In this document: one piece after another, positions 1 through 13,242 of the stretch
How positions within the stretch are numbered: the stretch's first letter is position 1
Layout: each line of letters opens with the position of its first letter
The notes under the pieces: model-generated
Told to the model about the DNA's origin: nothing
Database searches by the model: none
The model's input: the letters and a program-made list of their open reading frames with translations, nothing else
Assembly (NCBI GenBank): GCA_965223905.1
Contig: CBDCXV010000010.1
Location: forward strand, 32,001 to 96,000
DNA: 64,000 nt
Reading direction: 5' to 3'
Source of the DNA: Candidatus Latescibacterota bacterium
GTDB lineage: Bacteria; Latescibacterota; UBA2968; UBA8231
Position numbers and translations under genes: made by a program

Positions 1-248
1 CGAGATTGGCCCGCTGAATCCGATCGCTGCCCCAGTCGGTCCAGTAGATCTTGCCCTCCCCCAGGTCGAGGGCGAGGCCGTAGGGCTCGTTCAGACCGGT
101 GGCGACCAGGTCTTCGATTTCGGAGCCGTCGAGGTTGGATCGCTGGATGCGGTCGGTCCCCCAGTCGCTCCAGTAGATCTTGCCGCCGCCCAGATCGAGG
201 GCGATCCCGAACGGCTCCTTCAACCCCTCGGTAACCAGGTCTTCCGCA
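1..248 (-). CDS. Partial YWTD (LDL-receptor class B) beta-propeller repeat protein, running off the window start and apparently truncated at its 5' end
   Basis: Minus-strand translation EDLVTEGLKEPFGIALDLGGGKIYWSDWGTDRIQRSNLDGSEIEDLVATGLNEPYGLALDLGEGKIYWTDWG contains two YW(S/T)D repeats. Confidence 0.85.
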
Positions 249-715
249 GTTGTAATGTTGTAAGTTGCTGTTAATTCGTAACTTGAAAAATAACCCGAGA
301 GCCGTTATGCCAGCAGTTATCACTCGCGGGGGATTTTTTGGGTCGCGCTGTCCAGACGGGAGTTTAAGGTTGGGTTGCTACGGTTCGTGCGGTTTCAAAA
401 GAGCTTCTTTGACGGGGCCGCATCGTCGTCTCCCAGTTCCGATAGTATTGCCACTCAATTTTGCCGCCGAACCTCTTTAAATCCCCCCCCCAGGGTTTTG
501 GGCCCTCAACCGACGTTTCGCGGCGGCCCAAGATCGATTTCGAGGGAGACTCGTTTTCAAATATTGGCGACGATTCGTGCCCTGGGTTCTGATCCTCAGC
601 GCAGGCCAAAAAAGCAGCGCGACGAGCGAAAGGGAGACGATGACATCAGGAAATTAAAAAGGGGAACTGCCCACTTCAGGCAGTTCCCAAAAAAAGACCG
701 ACCTACCCCGTGATC

Positions 716-931
716 TCAGGAACCGGAAGGAACCTCGCTGTCATCTGGGGTGGTCAACCGCTTCTGAACCACGGGAAGGCCCACGTCGATACACTCCCGG
801 ACCGTCTCGGCCAGCGACCAACCCGCCCGGTCGGCGACCTCCTCGACGGCTTCTTTCGTGGCTTCGGTCACGGCGGCACTCAACTGCCCGGGATAGTGGG
901 ACCTGCGTCGGTATCTTCTGTTCTCAGCCAT
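716..931 (-). CDS. Small ribbon-helix-helix (CopG-like) DNA-binding protein
   Basis: 71 aa with ATG start; pattern LSAAVTEATKEAVEEVADRAGWSLAETVRECID fits an RHH fold. Confidence 0.5.
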   Translation of the reverse strand: MAENRRYRRRSHYPGQLSAAVTEATKEAVEEVADRAGWSLAETVRECIDVGLPVVQKRLTTPDDSEVPSGS

Positions 932-1161
932 TGTTCATTGGTTTTACATATTCATTTAGGAGATGGGATGCCGATGCTCTTTCTCCCCCTTGGCCTGGCG
1001 ATGGAGGCCACCCCAAAAAGCCAGGTTTGAAAGGGTTTGCGGATCATCCCCAATCACATCCCATCTCCCGGATTTTTCTGGAAAGAAAGAAGGGGTGGGA
1101 GGGAGACGACGAATGGTCTCCCTTCCCAACCCCCCTCTGTATCCGTACCCACATTTCTACT

Positions 1162-4100
1162 TTACTTCAGCAACAGCATCTTTCTGACCTGCGCGAACTC
1201 TCCCGCCCGCAGGCGATACAGGTAGATCCCTGAAGACACCGCGTGGCCACGGTCGTTGGTCGCGTCCCACGTGAAGGCGTAGCGACCTACGCCCTGATGC
1301 TCGGCCACCAGGGTTCGCACCTTCTGGCCGAGCGAATTGTAAACCACCAACTCCACGTCCGACGCCTGAGGAAGCGCGTATTTGATCGTGGTCTCCGGGT
1401 TGAAGGGGTTCGGGTAGTTGAACCCCAGAGCGTACACCTCCGGCAGCGTCTCCATCTCCACCGGGGCCGGCAAGGCCAAGGCGTTGACGGCAAAGGTACC
1501 GTCGCGGACCTGGCCTTCGGTGACCCTGATGAAGCCGGTTTCGAACTCCCTGAGAGCGCGGAAAACCACATCCACGGCCACCGTGCCTTCCGAGACGGCA
1601 TCCCCGTAGGCGACAATGGCCCGTTTCCCGTCGGCTGCGCCCAGGACCTGCGGTAAGGCCAAGGGGCCCTCGCCGAGGCCGTTGTCGGCTGCCACGGCGC
1701 GGACGACCTCCAGCTCCTCGCCGTTGAACTCGAGCTGGAAACCGTAGCCCTTGAGCAGACCGAAGTCGCTCAGGTGCAGGGTCAGGACGAACTCCTCCCC
1801 GACCTTAGGCATCGGGACACCCCCGTAGAAATCCAGCCGCGTCTGCTCGTTGCGGCCGGCTCGCAGCGGGATCACCTTCCCGGTCGAGGCCGTCTGACGA
1901 CCGAAGTTCTGGGCAAACACCGCCAGTGATTCCCAACCGATCGACTGGTTCGAGGCCAGATCGAAGGCCGGGTCCCACTCGGCATCCGTCGCCGTGAACC
2001 CGTAGTTATCGGCGAAGTGGAAGAAGTCGTCGAACCCGACTGTCCGGTCGGCTCCGAACAGACCGAAGACGTACTTGCCGGTGACATCCACCTCCCGGTT
2101 ACGGATGGCCATAGCCGATTGTTCTTCGGAGGTGGTTTCGTTGTCCTCGTCGAAGGCGGCCACCGTGTAGGTGAAGCGCTCCCCGTTGAGGGCCGTCGTA
2201 TCGACATAGGAGGTTGCGCTCCGTCCGACCGTGTCCAGAAGCGCAAACGCCCCGTCGGCTGGCTGGCGGTAGATGCGATAGCCCGCAACCCCACGGCTCA
2301 TGTCGGAGACCGTCGGACCAATCGCTCCTTCGACCCGGCGGTTCACCAGGCTGTCCGACAACGAGCCTTCCCAGGTCAGGAGAATGCGGCCCCCGTCGTC
2401 GTCGGGCGCGTCGACCGCACGGAACCGACGAACCGCCGACGGCGCGACGTTGTCGACGGCGCGCACCGAACCCGACCTCGTAACCGAGGAGCGCCGAACC
2501 TTCTTCGGGTCCATTTCGGGATCCTCCTCCATGTCGGGATCTTCCTCCTCCATCATGGGCGGCTCCGGCGTGGCGAGAACGATACCCGACGACAGGGTAA
2601 TACTCGACGATCGCCCAACGGTCAGGGGCTCTTCGGGATCGTTGGGCGGCGGGGGCGTCACCGGGGTATCCCCTCCTCCCGAAGTCGGCTCCATTTCGAG
2701 CTCGAGCTCGGCGGCAATCCCCCAGGCGGTGGTGACCGTGTCCAGCGTCGCCACCACGGCGCGGCCCTCCTCAGCTTCCAGATCGGCCGCCACCCGGCCC
2801 CACTCCATTGGCTCGCCGTTGATCGGCGTACGGAAAATGCGGTAGCCGTCCAGGATCGAATGATCCAAGGACAGATCCCACGTCAGCTCGATGAATCCAC
2901 CCTCGTCGCCGGGAAAATCGGCGGAAACCAGCTGATCCGGCGCATCCAGAGGCCGCACGATGACCGTCTCCGACTGGCTCACCGCGCCATCCTCCGAATC
3001 ACGGAAGGTCAGAACCAGCTCCTCGGTCAACAGCGAATCGCTTTCTACCCAGAACCGCCCGGTGCCTGCTTCCAGGTTCACCGGGCCCGAACGGACGCCG
3101 GCCTGGTTGGCCGAAAGCACCACCTCGCGGTCGTCGTCGGCGACGCGGACGTTGCCGTAGCGGTCAAGAAGCGTCACTTCACCCCAATACTGGCGGTTCA
3201 CGGTCAGGGTGTCCGGCAGGCCGTCCACCCGAAGGCCGTGAGGCACCTCCGGGTTGTAGACGATCTTCGGCTCCAGCGCGGCCACCTGCTCTCCGTCCGC
3301 ATCCTGAAGCACCACCGACAAGGTGTCCACCGCTACCGTGTCCTTCAAAACCACGGTGCGCTGCTGATTGTTCGACCAGGACTCGGCATCCAGCCGGGCC
3401 CGGCCTGAACCCTCGTCGGTGACGCCGGTCCCGCTCAGGGTCACCCCCCGGCCTCCGGTCACTTCCAATACATAGGAGGCGACGGTGGCCACCGACACGG
3501 TCAGGGTCACTTCCTGGCCCGCGTCCAGATGCCCGGCCGGGTCCAGACCCAGACTCGACCGCTGGGAGCGGTCCCCGCGCGGCTGCTGCGCACTGGGGCC
3601 GCGCACGTCCCCTTTCAACCCCCCCGCGATCCGGTTGGACGGCTGGGCCTTCCGGGGCGTACCGGTCAACTCCTGTGAAGCCGGACCGTCGCCGTGCTCG
3701 TTGTAGGCGACCACCCGCACCGTGTATTCGGTCTCGTGACTCAGGTCCCCTATGGTATGGATCACCCACGTGAGCGGGCCGGTAGCGGTGTCTTCGCGGG
3801 CCGCGGCATACGACTCCGACCCGGATTTCCACTGCACCTTGTAGCCGCTCAACGAGCCCCGGAAGCCGGCTTTGGCCAGCGACAGCCAGCGGACCTGAAG
3901 CCCGCCATCGGTCGCCTTCAGGCTGACATGCTTCACCTGGGGCGGCGCCGAAACCGCCACAGGCGGTTTCGGGGTCGGTGGCTGAGGAGTCGGTGGCTGA
4001 GGAGTCGGCGGCTGTGGAGTCGGCGGCTGTGGATCGGGCCGCCTGGGCGGCTGCGGATCAGGCCGCGGTGTCGTTGTCGTCCTCGTCGGCGTGCCCATTC

Positions 4101-7100
4101 CCTCCGATGAGGGCGGTCCGTCGATCCCGTTCACGACAGCAATCACCTGCACCGTGTACTCGGTGTCTGCCACCAGATCCGTGATCGTATGACTCGTACG
4201 GGTTCCCACGTCCATTTGGCGGTTGGCCGCGTACTGCTGCGATCCCGACCTCCACTGCACTTTGTATCCGGTGGCTCCCGAGACCGGGTCCCACCTCACC
4301 GCAAGCTGCGTCCGGCCGGGAGTCACCTGCACGTTCGCCACCTGGTCTGGATTGGCCCCCGCCGTGGCGGTGCGTTCGTCCGAGGGCGGTCCTTCCAAAG
4401 CTCCCTTCGTGGCGATCACCCGCACCGTGTACTGGGTGCCTCCCATCAGGTTTGTAATCGTATGCCCCGTGGCGGTCGGCGTGGCTTGGCGGCTTTCCGA
4501 GTACTGCTCCGCCCCCGACTTCCACTGCACTTTGTATCCGTCGGCCCCCGGGACCTCGTCCCACGATACCGTGAGAAGCTCCACATCGTCGGAGGTCACC
4601 CGCACGTTCGCCACCTGGTCCAAACTCGGTGTTCCGAATGCCTCGTCCGACTCCGGGGGGGCCAGCACGCCGGGCAGCATGGCGGTCACCTGAACCGCAT
4701 ACTCGGTGCCTCCCTTCAGATCCTCAATCGTATGCCTCGTACCGGTCACCTCAGCTTTGTCCTCCGTCGCGAAAGTCCCCGGCTCCTCCCTCCACTCCAC
4801 GGTGTATCCGGTAGCCTGGAGAACCGCTTTCCACGATACCGTGAGCTGCCCCACCCCGGGGATCACCTGCAGGTTGGTTACCTGGCCTTCCTGGACCGAC
4901 AACGGCGTACCTCTTACTTCGGCGGAAACCGATCCGTCGCCGCTCGCGTTCGAGGCGAAAACCTGCACCACGTACTCCGCGTTCGTCAGATTCTGAATCC
5001 CATACCTCAAACCGTCTGTCCTGCCTCGGCGGCTAGACGCGTAATCCTGGGACCCCGTCCTCCACTGCACCGTGTATCCCGTAGCCCCGGTGACCTCCTC
5101 CCAGTTCACCGAAAGCTGCCCCGCGCCGGGAGCCACCGTCACGCCCGTAACCTCGCCCGGCTTCGGCCTGCCCGGGACCTCATCGGAGGCCGGGCCGTCG
5201 CCGCCCGTGTTCACGGCGATCACCCGCACCGTGTACTGGGTGTTCGCCTCCAGACTCGGGATCGAATGACTCGTGCCACTCACCGCAGTTTCGCGATCGG
5301 TGGTGTCGTAATCCTGGGACCCGAACTTCCACTGCACTTTGTAGCCATCAGTGGAAGCGACCCCCGTGACCGCGTCCCACATCACGGTGAGGCTCGTGGA
5401 GCTTCCCCCCACCCCGGGGGTCACCGTTACCCCGGTCACCTTGCCCGGTTGCGGGGTACCCATGGCACTTGCTCCGGTATCATCTGAAGGCGCTCCGTCG
5501 CCGCCGTCGTTCGTAGCGGTCACCTGCACCGTGTACTCGATGCCCGCCTCCAGATCCCCAATTTTATACTCCGTATCGGTCGTCGTGCGTTGTTGACCAG
5601 TAGGGTACGTCGTCTGACTCGCCGTCTTCCACTGCACCTTGTAGCTGGCCGCCCCCGGGACCGCGGTCCAGGATACCGTGAGCTCCTCCGAGCCGGACAT
5701 CACGCCCTGTCCCGTTCCAAACGTCACCTGGGCCGGCTTAAGCATTCCGGTGGCTTCGCTCGACCACGGCCCCCCTGGAGGCTTGGCAGCAGAATCGGTC
5801 GCCTGCACCCGCACCATGTACAGGGTGCCCGCTTTCAGATCATCGTCAGCGACAGAAATTGTATGTGTCGTTGTACCGGCTTCCTCCGTTCCTTCGCGAG
5901 TTGTGGCGTACTGCTGAAAGCCCGCTTTCCACTGGATCTTGTAGGCAGCCCCGGGGATTGCTTTCCACGTTACCACGAGCTGAGTCACCTCGGAAGCCAC
6001 CTTCACCTCCGTCACCTGGGCGGGTGTAGTCGCCGTCGGCGTGCCCATGGCCTCCACAAATGCGGTCGGGTCGGCTGTTTCCCCGGACACGGTAGCCTTT
6101 ACCCGCACCGTGTATTTGGTGCCTCCCGTCAGACCCGTGATCACATGCCTCAGCCTGCGGATCCCCGTGGCCTGGGTGGTCGATGACGGCGTTTCGTCGT
6201 AGGAGCCCACTGACTCCTTCCACTGCACCGTGTAGTCAGAGGCCCCCCGGACCCGGTTCCACTGCACCGTGAGCTGCTTGTCGCCCTCAGTCACCCGCAC
6301 GCCCGTCACCTGGTTCGCCTCGGCAGCCGTCGGCCTGCCGGTGGCGTCGGCGGAGGGCTCGCCGTCGACCGAAGCCACCGTAGCGATCACCTGCACCATG
6401 TATTCGGTTGCTCCCGTCAGGCCCCGAATCACATGGCTGATCTCTGTCGTAATGGCCTGGCGGCTGGCCGCGTATTTCTGGTCCCCCGACTTCCACCGCA
6501 CCTTGTAGCTGGTGGCCCCCGTAACCGCGGACCACGATACTGTAAGCTGCTCCGGGCCCTCTACCACACGCTCACCCGTCACCTGGGCCGGCTTCGGCGT
6601 ACCCATAACCCCAGCGGAGGCCGGGCCGTCGCCCCCGTCGCCGGGGTCGGTGTCGTCGCCGCCATCGTTCGTGGCGATCACCCGCACCGTGTACCGGGTG
6701 CCCGCATCCAGACTGGGAATCGTATGGCTCGTAGTGGTCGACGTGGCTTGGCGGTCGGTCGCATCGTAATCCGCGTCCGTCGCCGACTTCCACTGCACTT
6801 TGTATCCATCAGCAGAGGCGACCCCCGGGACTGCGTTCCACATTACCATGAGCTCCCCGGCGCCGGGAGTCACCGTCACGCCCGTCACCCGGCCCGGCTT
6901 CGGCGTGCCCATGACTTCGGCTGATGCCGTGCCCTGGCCGCTCCCGTTCCTGGCGGTCACCCGCACCGTGTACTCGGTGTCCGCATCCAGATTCGGAATC
7001 GTACGGCTCGCACCGGTCGCCGTGGCTCGGCGGCTGGCGGTGTACTCCTCACTTCCCGACTTCCACTCCACTAGGTATCCCGTGGCCCCCGTGACCGCGC

Positions 7101-9878
7101 CCCACTTGACCATGAGCGCACCGACCTCGGAAGTCACCACCACATCATCCTCTGTCCCATCTGCCGCCCCCACCGTGCCCGGCTTCGGCGTGCCTGTGGC
7201 TTGGTTTGAGGACGGGCCGGGTCCGCCGGCGTTCGTGGCGGTCACCCGCACCGTGTGCGGGATACCGTCCAGAGGCGTGTCCTCTGTTGGCGTCGCATCC
7301 CCAATCGTAGTATTCAACCCCGTCACCAGGACTCGGCGGTTCGCCATTCCGTCTTCGTCCCACTCCTGGGACCCCGACTTCCACTGCACTATGTAGCCTT
7401 CCGAGGCAGAGACCCCCGAGACCTCGTTCCACGATACCGTGAGCTGCTGCGGGGCGGTGGGAACCACCACCTGCACGTTCTGCACTTTTGCCGGCTTCGG
7501 CGTGCCTGTGGCTTCGGCTGATGCCGTGCCATCGCCGCTCGCGTTCGTGGCGATCACCCGCACCGTGTACTGGGTGCCCGCCTCCAGATTCGGAATCGTA
7601 TGGTTCGTACCGGCTGGAGTGGCTTGGTTGGTCTCGTTGTAATCGGTATTGGATGGGCTTTGTGCATCCGTCCACTGCACCTTGTAGCTACTGGCCCCGG
7701 TGACCGCGCCCCACTTCACCATGAGCCCCCCGACCTCGGAAGTCACCACCACATTATCCTCATCCCCATCTGCGGCCCCCACCGTGCCCGGCTTCGGCGT
7801 GCCTGTGGCTTCGTTTGAGGCCGGGCCGTCGCCGCCCGCGTTCGTGGCGATCACCCGCACCGTGTACTGGATGCCCTCAAGAGGCGTGTCCGCGTCTGTC
7901 CCCGCCGTCCCATCCCCAAGCGTAGTAGTAATCGGATCCGTCGCTTGGTCCACCAAGACTTGGCGGCTGGCGTCGTACTGCTGAGACCCCGACTGCCACT
8001 GCACCTTGTATCCACCAGTAGAGACGACCCCCTCGAGCCGGTCCCATGATACCGTGAGCTGCTGCGGATTATCGGCTTGAGGAACCACCTTCACGTTCTG
8101 CACCTTGCCCGGCTGCGGCGTGCCTGTGACTCCAGATGAGGCCGGTTCATTATCGACCTCGGGAACGTCAGCCGTCACCGTCACCGTATACGGGGTTCCG
8201 CTCGTCAAACCCGGAATCACGGTACGCGTACGGGTCCTCTCGAATGGACCATCATCCGGCTGGGGGTTCAAGCTCACTGTGTATTTTGTGGCCCCCTGTA
8301 CCGGGTTCCACTCCACGGTGAGTTGCCCCACGCCGGGGGTCACCTTCACCCCCGTCACCTGGTTCTCTGAAGCAGCAGTCGGCGTGCCTGTGGCTTCGCT
8401 GGAGGGCAGGCCGTCGCCGCTCGCGTTGGAGGCGAAAACCCGGACTGAGTACTGGGTGCCTCCCGTCAGATCATAAATCACCATTTCCGAATTGGCCGTA
8501 GTGGCTTGGCGCTGGCGCCGTACAGCTGATCCCCCGACTTCCACTGCACCGTGTATCCCGTAGCCCCATCGACATCATCCCAATTCAAACCGAGCTGCTC
8601 CCTGCCAACTGTCGGCGTCAAGGTGACCACCTGGGCCGGCTTGGGCGTGCCCATGGCCTCAGCGGAGGCCTTGCCGTCGCCGCCGGCGTTCGTGGCCGTT
8701 ACCTGCACCGTGTGCGGGATGCCCTGCAGACCCGTAATCGTATGACTCGTACCGGTCGATGTGACTTGGCGGTCGCCCGTGTTGTAATCCTCCGGCCCGG
8801 ACTTCCACTGCACCTTGTATCCCTCAGTGGCCCCCGTGACCGGGTTCCACGATACCGTGAGCTGCTGCGGCGTTGCGGCAGCCCTCACCCTCACGCCCAT
8901 CACCTGGCCCGGCTTCGGCGTGCCTGTGGCTTCGTCTGAGGCCTCGCCGTCGCCACCCGGGTTCGTGGCGATCACGCGCACCGTGTACAAGGTGCCGGCC
9001 CTCAGGGTTATCGTATGTTCCTCACCGGTCGCCGTGGCTTGGCGGCTCACGTCGTACCGCTCCGCACCGGACTTCCACTGCACTTTGTAGCTACTGGCCC
9101 CCAAGACCTCGGTCCACTCCACCTTGAGCGCCCCCACCTCGGAAGTCACCGTCACATCTGTACCCACCTCGCCCCCCACCTTGCCCGGCTTCGGCGTGCC
9201 CATGGCCTCATCGGAGGCCGGGCCGTCGCCGCCGTCGCCGGCATCGTCGACATCGCCGCCATCGTTCGTGGCGGTCACCTGCACCGTGTACTCGGTGCCC
9301 GCAACCAGATTCGCAATGTCATTACTCGTAGGAAGAGGATCATCATCCACCAGTGTGTTACGGGTACCCGAGGTTTCGCTGTACTTCTCCGTCCCCGACT
9401 TCCACTGCACCCTATAGGCAGTGGCTCCCGGGACCTCGTCCCACGATACCATGAGGCTCATGGCGTTCCCCCCCACGCCGGGAGTCACCGTCACGCCCGT
9501 CACTTTTCCAGGCGCCGGGGTGCCTGGGACCTCCGAGGACATGCGATAGTCGCCGTTTTCGTCCCAAGCGGTCACCTGCACCATAACAGGGTTATCGGGG
9601 TCCGCCTTCAGACCCGGAATCGTATGACTCGTACCGGTCACCCTGGCTTGGCGCTCGGTCTCGCTGTACTGCTCATCCCCCGACTTCCACTGCACCGTGA
9701 ATCTAACGGCCGTCGAAACCGCTTCCCACGATACCTTGAGCGCCCCCACCTCGGAAGTCACGGTCACCATAGGAGCCTCTGGCTGTGCTTGGGCACCCCC
9801 GGGGACAAAGAACATGGCCAGAAAAACGAGCATTCCTGCCCATCTGTATGTGAACGGTGCTTGGTAGCTGGATTTCAT
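1162..9878 (-). CDS. Giant secreted fibronectin type III repeat protein (~15 FN3 domains, Pro-rich linker, EF-hand/dockerin-like and cohesin-like regions, C-terminal FlgD-Ig/T9SS-like sorting domain), split by a 1-bp frameshift near 8510
   Basis: ORFs 8478..9878 (signal peptide) and 1162..8544 share the repeat LxVxW..V.GA..YKVQWKSG...YTVRVIATN.GGDG.AS.EA.GTP. C-terminus is NYPNPFNPETTIKY...VRKMLLLK. Adding one C restores 'YGASRQATT' across the break. Confidence 0.9.
3961..4070 (-). repeat. Intragenic 15-bp tandem repeats encoding a (PQPPT)n / PRPDPQP linker
   Basis: GGCTGAGGAGTCGGT-like units; the protein reads PDPQPPTPQPPTPQPPTPQPPTPKPP. Confidence 0.85.
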
Positions 9879-9977
9879 CGAGATTTCCCCCCCTTGATGG
9901 ATTTTGTTCGCGTTTTCACGCGGTTTTTCCCGGTTTTTGTTGCTAAGGCTTACTTGCGATACGATGCGTTATCGCTA

Positions 9978-11647
9978 CCTGAATCCGTGAAGTCCAGAGC
10001 TTGATTTTCGGTGGTTTTCCGAGGGGAATGTGGGCTATCTTAGAGGAGGATATCCACTCACCTTGGAGGTGAAGAATTGCGACTGGTTTCGTATGAAGTT
10101 ACGCAGGGCGAAGAAGCGCTGACCTCGCATTCGGGCTTGGCCTTGATCGGGGCCTTGATGGGACGCACGCGCTTGGCCGCGCGGGTGGATGAAATCCTCT
10201 TGCCGGAGCGACCCTGCCCCGAGGTTTCTCACGGCGACGTGATGACGTCGATGATCGGCTTGCTGGCGCTGGGCAAGCCGGATTTCGAGGCGGTGGAAGC
10301 GTTTCGCACCGATCCCTTCTTCGCCCAGGCCCTGGGCCTGGATGCGGTGCCGTCGGCGGCCACGCTGCGGCAGCGGCTCGATGGCTTGGGCGCACAGGGG
10401 GAGACCGCCATTCGAGAGGAGTCGGCCGACATGGTGGCCCGTCACGCGCCGCCGCTCACCCCCTGTTACGAAGTCGCCGACGGGCGCTACGGTCCCTGGA
10501 TCGCGCTGGATATCGACGTGTCGGTGTTCGACAACTCCCACACCAAAAAACAAGGGGTGTCGTGGACCTACAAGAAGGTCGACGGCTTTGCCCCGATCTT
10601 CGCCTACCTGGGCGAGGAAGGGTATCTGCTCAACTGCCAGCTGCGCGAAGGCAGTCAGCACTCCCAGGAAGGAGCCCCGGACTTTATTCGAGAGACGCTG
10701 CGGCTGGCGCGCCGCATCACCAAGGAAAAGCTGCTGGTGCGCATGGACAGCGCCCATGACGACATCGCCACCGTACAGCAGTTGCGCCGCACTCCCAAGA
10801 CCGACTTCATCGTCAAACGCAACCTGCGCAGCGAATCGAAACAGACCTGGCTGGAGGACGCCGAAGCCCTGGGCGAGCGCACCTGTCCGCGGCCCGGCAA
10901 GGAGATCTTCACCGGCTCGCTGGTGTGCGAGCGCAAGGACACCTTCGAACGCGTCGTTTACGAGGTCGTGCGGCGCACGATCAGCGTCGACGGTCAGGCG
11001 CTGCTGATCCCCGAAATCGAGGTGCAGACCTGGTGGACCAACCTGATGGCGCCGCCGGCGCACGTGATCCGGCTCTACCGCGAGCACAGCACCTGCGAGC
11101 AATTCCACTCCGAGTTGAAAACGGACCTGGATCTGGAACGCCTGCCGTCGGGCAAGTTCGCCACCAACGCGCTCCTGCTGCTGCTGGCCATGATGGCCTA
11201 CAACGCTCTGCGCCTGTGCGGCCAAATCGGTCTGCGCGAGTCCGGCAATCTGCCCCCCGAAAAGCACGTGGCTTTTCGTAAAAAGGCCGGCCGTCGTCGT
11301 CTCCGCAGCGTCCTTCTCGATCTCATGTACCAAGCGGCCCGCTGGGTCCGGCATGCGCGCCGTTTCGGCCTCAGCTTCGGGTGTTTCAATCCCTGGTTCG
11401 ATGTCTGGAGACGGACCTACCTGCGTGTGTGCACCTGAAGGCGACGATCTCACCCGCACTCGACTCTCCGCCGTACGCAAGGCACCCGTATGCCCGTTCT
11501 TGCGACTCCAGCCGACGTCGAGAGCCACCGACAGCGGCATCAGCCGTAATGGCGAGTCGTTGACACCCAAATCCTCTGTTGAGAAGTGCCTGATCATGCT
11601 AAATATCAAACTTGACCATTTGCTATAGAAGTGATCACGGATTCAGG
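9978..11647 (+). mobile_element. Complete IS1380-family insertion sequence
   Basis: 13-bp terminal inverted repeats CCTGAATCCGTGA (9978) / TCACGGATTCAGG (11635-11647); 5-bp target duplication CGCTA on both sides; transposase inside. Confidence 0.93.
10077..11438 (+). CDS. IS1380-family DDE transposase
   Basis: LTSHSGLALIG, IALDIDVS, LLVRMDSAHD, YREHSTCEQFHSELKTDLDLERLPSGKFATN motifs. Confidence 0.92.
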   Translation: MRLVSYEVTQGEEALTSHSGLALIGALMGRTRLAARVDEILLPERPCPEVSHGDVMTSMIGLLALGKPDFEAVEAFRTDPFFAQALGLDAVPSAATLRQRLDGLGAQGETAIREESADMVARHAPPLTPCYEVADGRYGPWIALDIDVSVFDNSHTKKQGVSWTYKKVDGFAPIFAYLGEEGYLLNCQLREGSQHSQEGAPDFIRETLRLARRITKEKLLVRMDSAHDDIATVQQLRRTPKTDFIVKRNLRSESKQTWLEDAEALGERTCPRPGKEIFTGSLVCERKDTFERVVYEVVRRTISVDGQALLIPEIEVQTWWTNLMAPPAHVIRLYREHSTCEQFHSELKTDLDLERLPSGKFATNALLLLLAMMAYNALRLCGQIGLRESGNLPPEKHVAFRKKAGRRRLRSVLLDLMYQAARWVRHARRFGLSFGCFNPWFDVWRRTYLRVCT

Positions 11648-12298
11648 CGCTAGTAATCCGGGCCCCTGGAGGCGTCCATTTCCGACCCGGGGGACTTGGA
11701 AGGAACCGGGCCGCATGTGGCCAAATAGGCCATTTCCCGGGGGTCAATTCCGGGGGTGGGCAGGTCCCATAACTGGCGGGCGTCGGCCTCGGGCACCCTG
11801 GCGTCGATGAAGCTGCCGAAGGCGCGGGGCCCGGGTCGCCAGGTCGGCGCGGGCCAGTTCGGAGAGGTCGACCCGGATCTCGGGCCCGACCTTGGCCTGC
11901 CGTTCGACCTCCAGGCGACGAGGCAACCGGGGGGGGCGTGGACGAAGTGGGCGCCAGCCGTCGCGGGTGTCGACGGCCTCGGGAACGCCGCAAACGGCCA
12001 GCAGGGTCGCCCAGGCGGCGGTGCGCTGGGAAACCAGGGGATCGGGCGGATGGGCGCAGAGGCGTTGCGGTACGCCGTGGACCCCGGAAGGGTCGCGGAG
12101 ATACCACAAGAATGGTCAGGCTGGGAACCTTCCGGAGCTGACGCAGGAACCGAGTTTTGGCCGCTTTACCGTCGCCCTGGCCAGTGACTTCGCTGCTGAG
12201 GTGGGGGCCTCTGGGCGCGAGGCCAGTTCGCCTGATAAGGTTGCCCCCGGGCGGCGGTCGCCCTCTTCAGGGGGATCGCCCCGAGTCCGATTCCCAGG

Positions 12299-12577
12299 TC
12301 AGGAGAACCTATACCAACCGGCCGCCACGGTGGGCCGGGGCGCCTGTCGGTCGAGGCCGGGTTGGGGCATGTCGACCTGGTAGCACGCCAGGATCGGCCA
12401 AGCGCCTACCACGTCCCATTCGGCGGGCGGCAGCACGAGGCGGCCGTTGACCACCTCCAGGACGTGGAGGGACTCTCCGTTTCTCACCAGGTCGCGGCCG
12501 ATGCGGGCGAGCACCGCCGGGGGTGGATGGCGGCGACGGTGGGGGGCGATTCCACGGGCGCCCCGGGGCGGGATCAA
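12299..12577 (-). pseudogene. Possible degenerate fragment of a phage portal-like gene
   Basis: PAVLARIGRDLVRNGESLHVLEV..RLVLPPAEWDV..YQVDMP resembles portal-like proteins from memory; no intact gene. Confidence 0.25.
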
Positions 12578-12758
12578 TCGAGGGCCGATCCGACGTTTAC
12601 CGTATGGCCGGGGGGAAGGAAACCGTCGTTTAAGGCGCCGTTCTCGTCAGCGAGATCGTGAGGGCGAAAATTGGAAACAACTTGCGTCGCTCAGACTGCT
12701 TATCCGTCGGGTCGGCTTGTCGGTCGGGCGAAAAAAAGCACTTGACATATACGTCAGG

Positions 12759-12804
12759 ATTTTTGACCCTATGGTGACAATATTTTTGACCCTATGTTGA
12801 CAAT
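12759..12804. promoter_or_regulatory. Tandem 23-bp repeat (operator-like) in the AT-rich region upstream of the recombinase
   Basis: ATTTTTGACCCTATGGTGACAAT followed directly by ATTTTTGACCCTATGTTGACAAT; TTGACA just upstream at 12742. Confidence 0.55.
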
Positions 12805-13242
12805 GAATTGGTAAATAGTTTGTTTATCGCATCTTATAAAAACCATTTTTTAGCATTTTAAAACCATCAGGTCGCGTTTAACTATACGCTCGCGCACTCC
12901 CGCCCGGGGGGGCGCTACTGTCGCCACAAGTTGGATTTCGGGGCGCTGGATACCGTCGACAGCAAGGTTGACTGGCACCTCTGCGAAAACCGCTGGCGGC
13001 GGTTCGAGACCATGCCTTTTCGGCCCCAATCTTCCAGGGAACTGAACGGTTACCTTTCGAGTTAATAACTTGGGTCGCTTTCACTAAGCGCTGGGGAATG
13101 CCACCATCCCGTACCGGTACTCGGTACGGGAAACAACCCCGGTCCAGGAAGCATGAAATGCACCTTATTTCACCCCATTTTTTCTGTCAGTTGACGGAGT
13201 ACACCTCAGGTCCTCCTAGAGGACAGCTTATCGGCACATTAA

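Noticed and set aside
1243-10004. Numerous long plus-strand ORFs opposite the FN3 gene
   Set aside because: Antisense shadows of a GC-rich repetitive CDS; no motifs.
10035-11609. 524-aa minus-strand ORF
   Set aside because: Shadow of the IS1380 transposase.
11650-12300. GC-rich ORFs right of the IS1380
   Set aside because: No coherent coding signal; probably decayed phage-like DNA.
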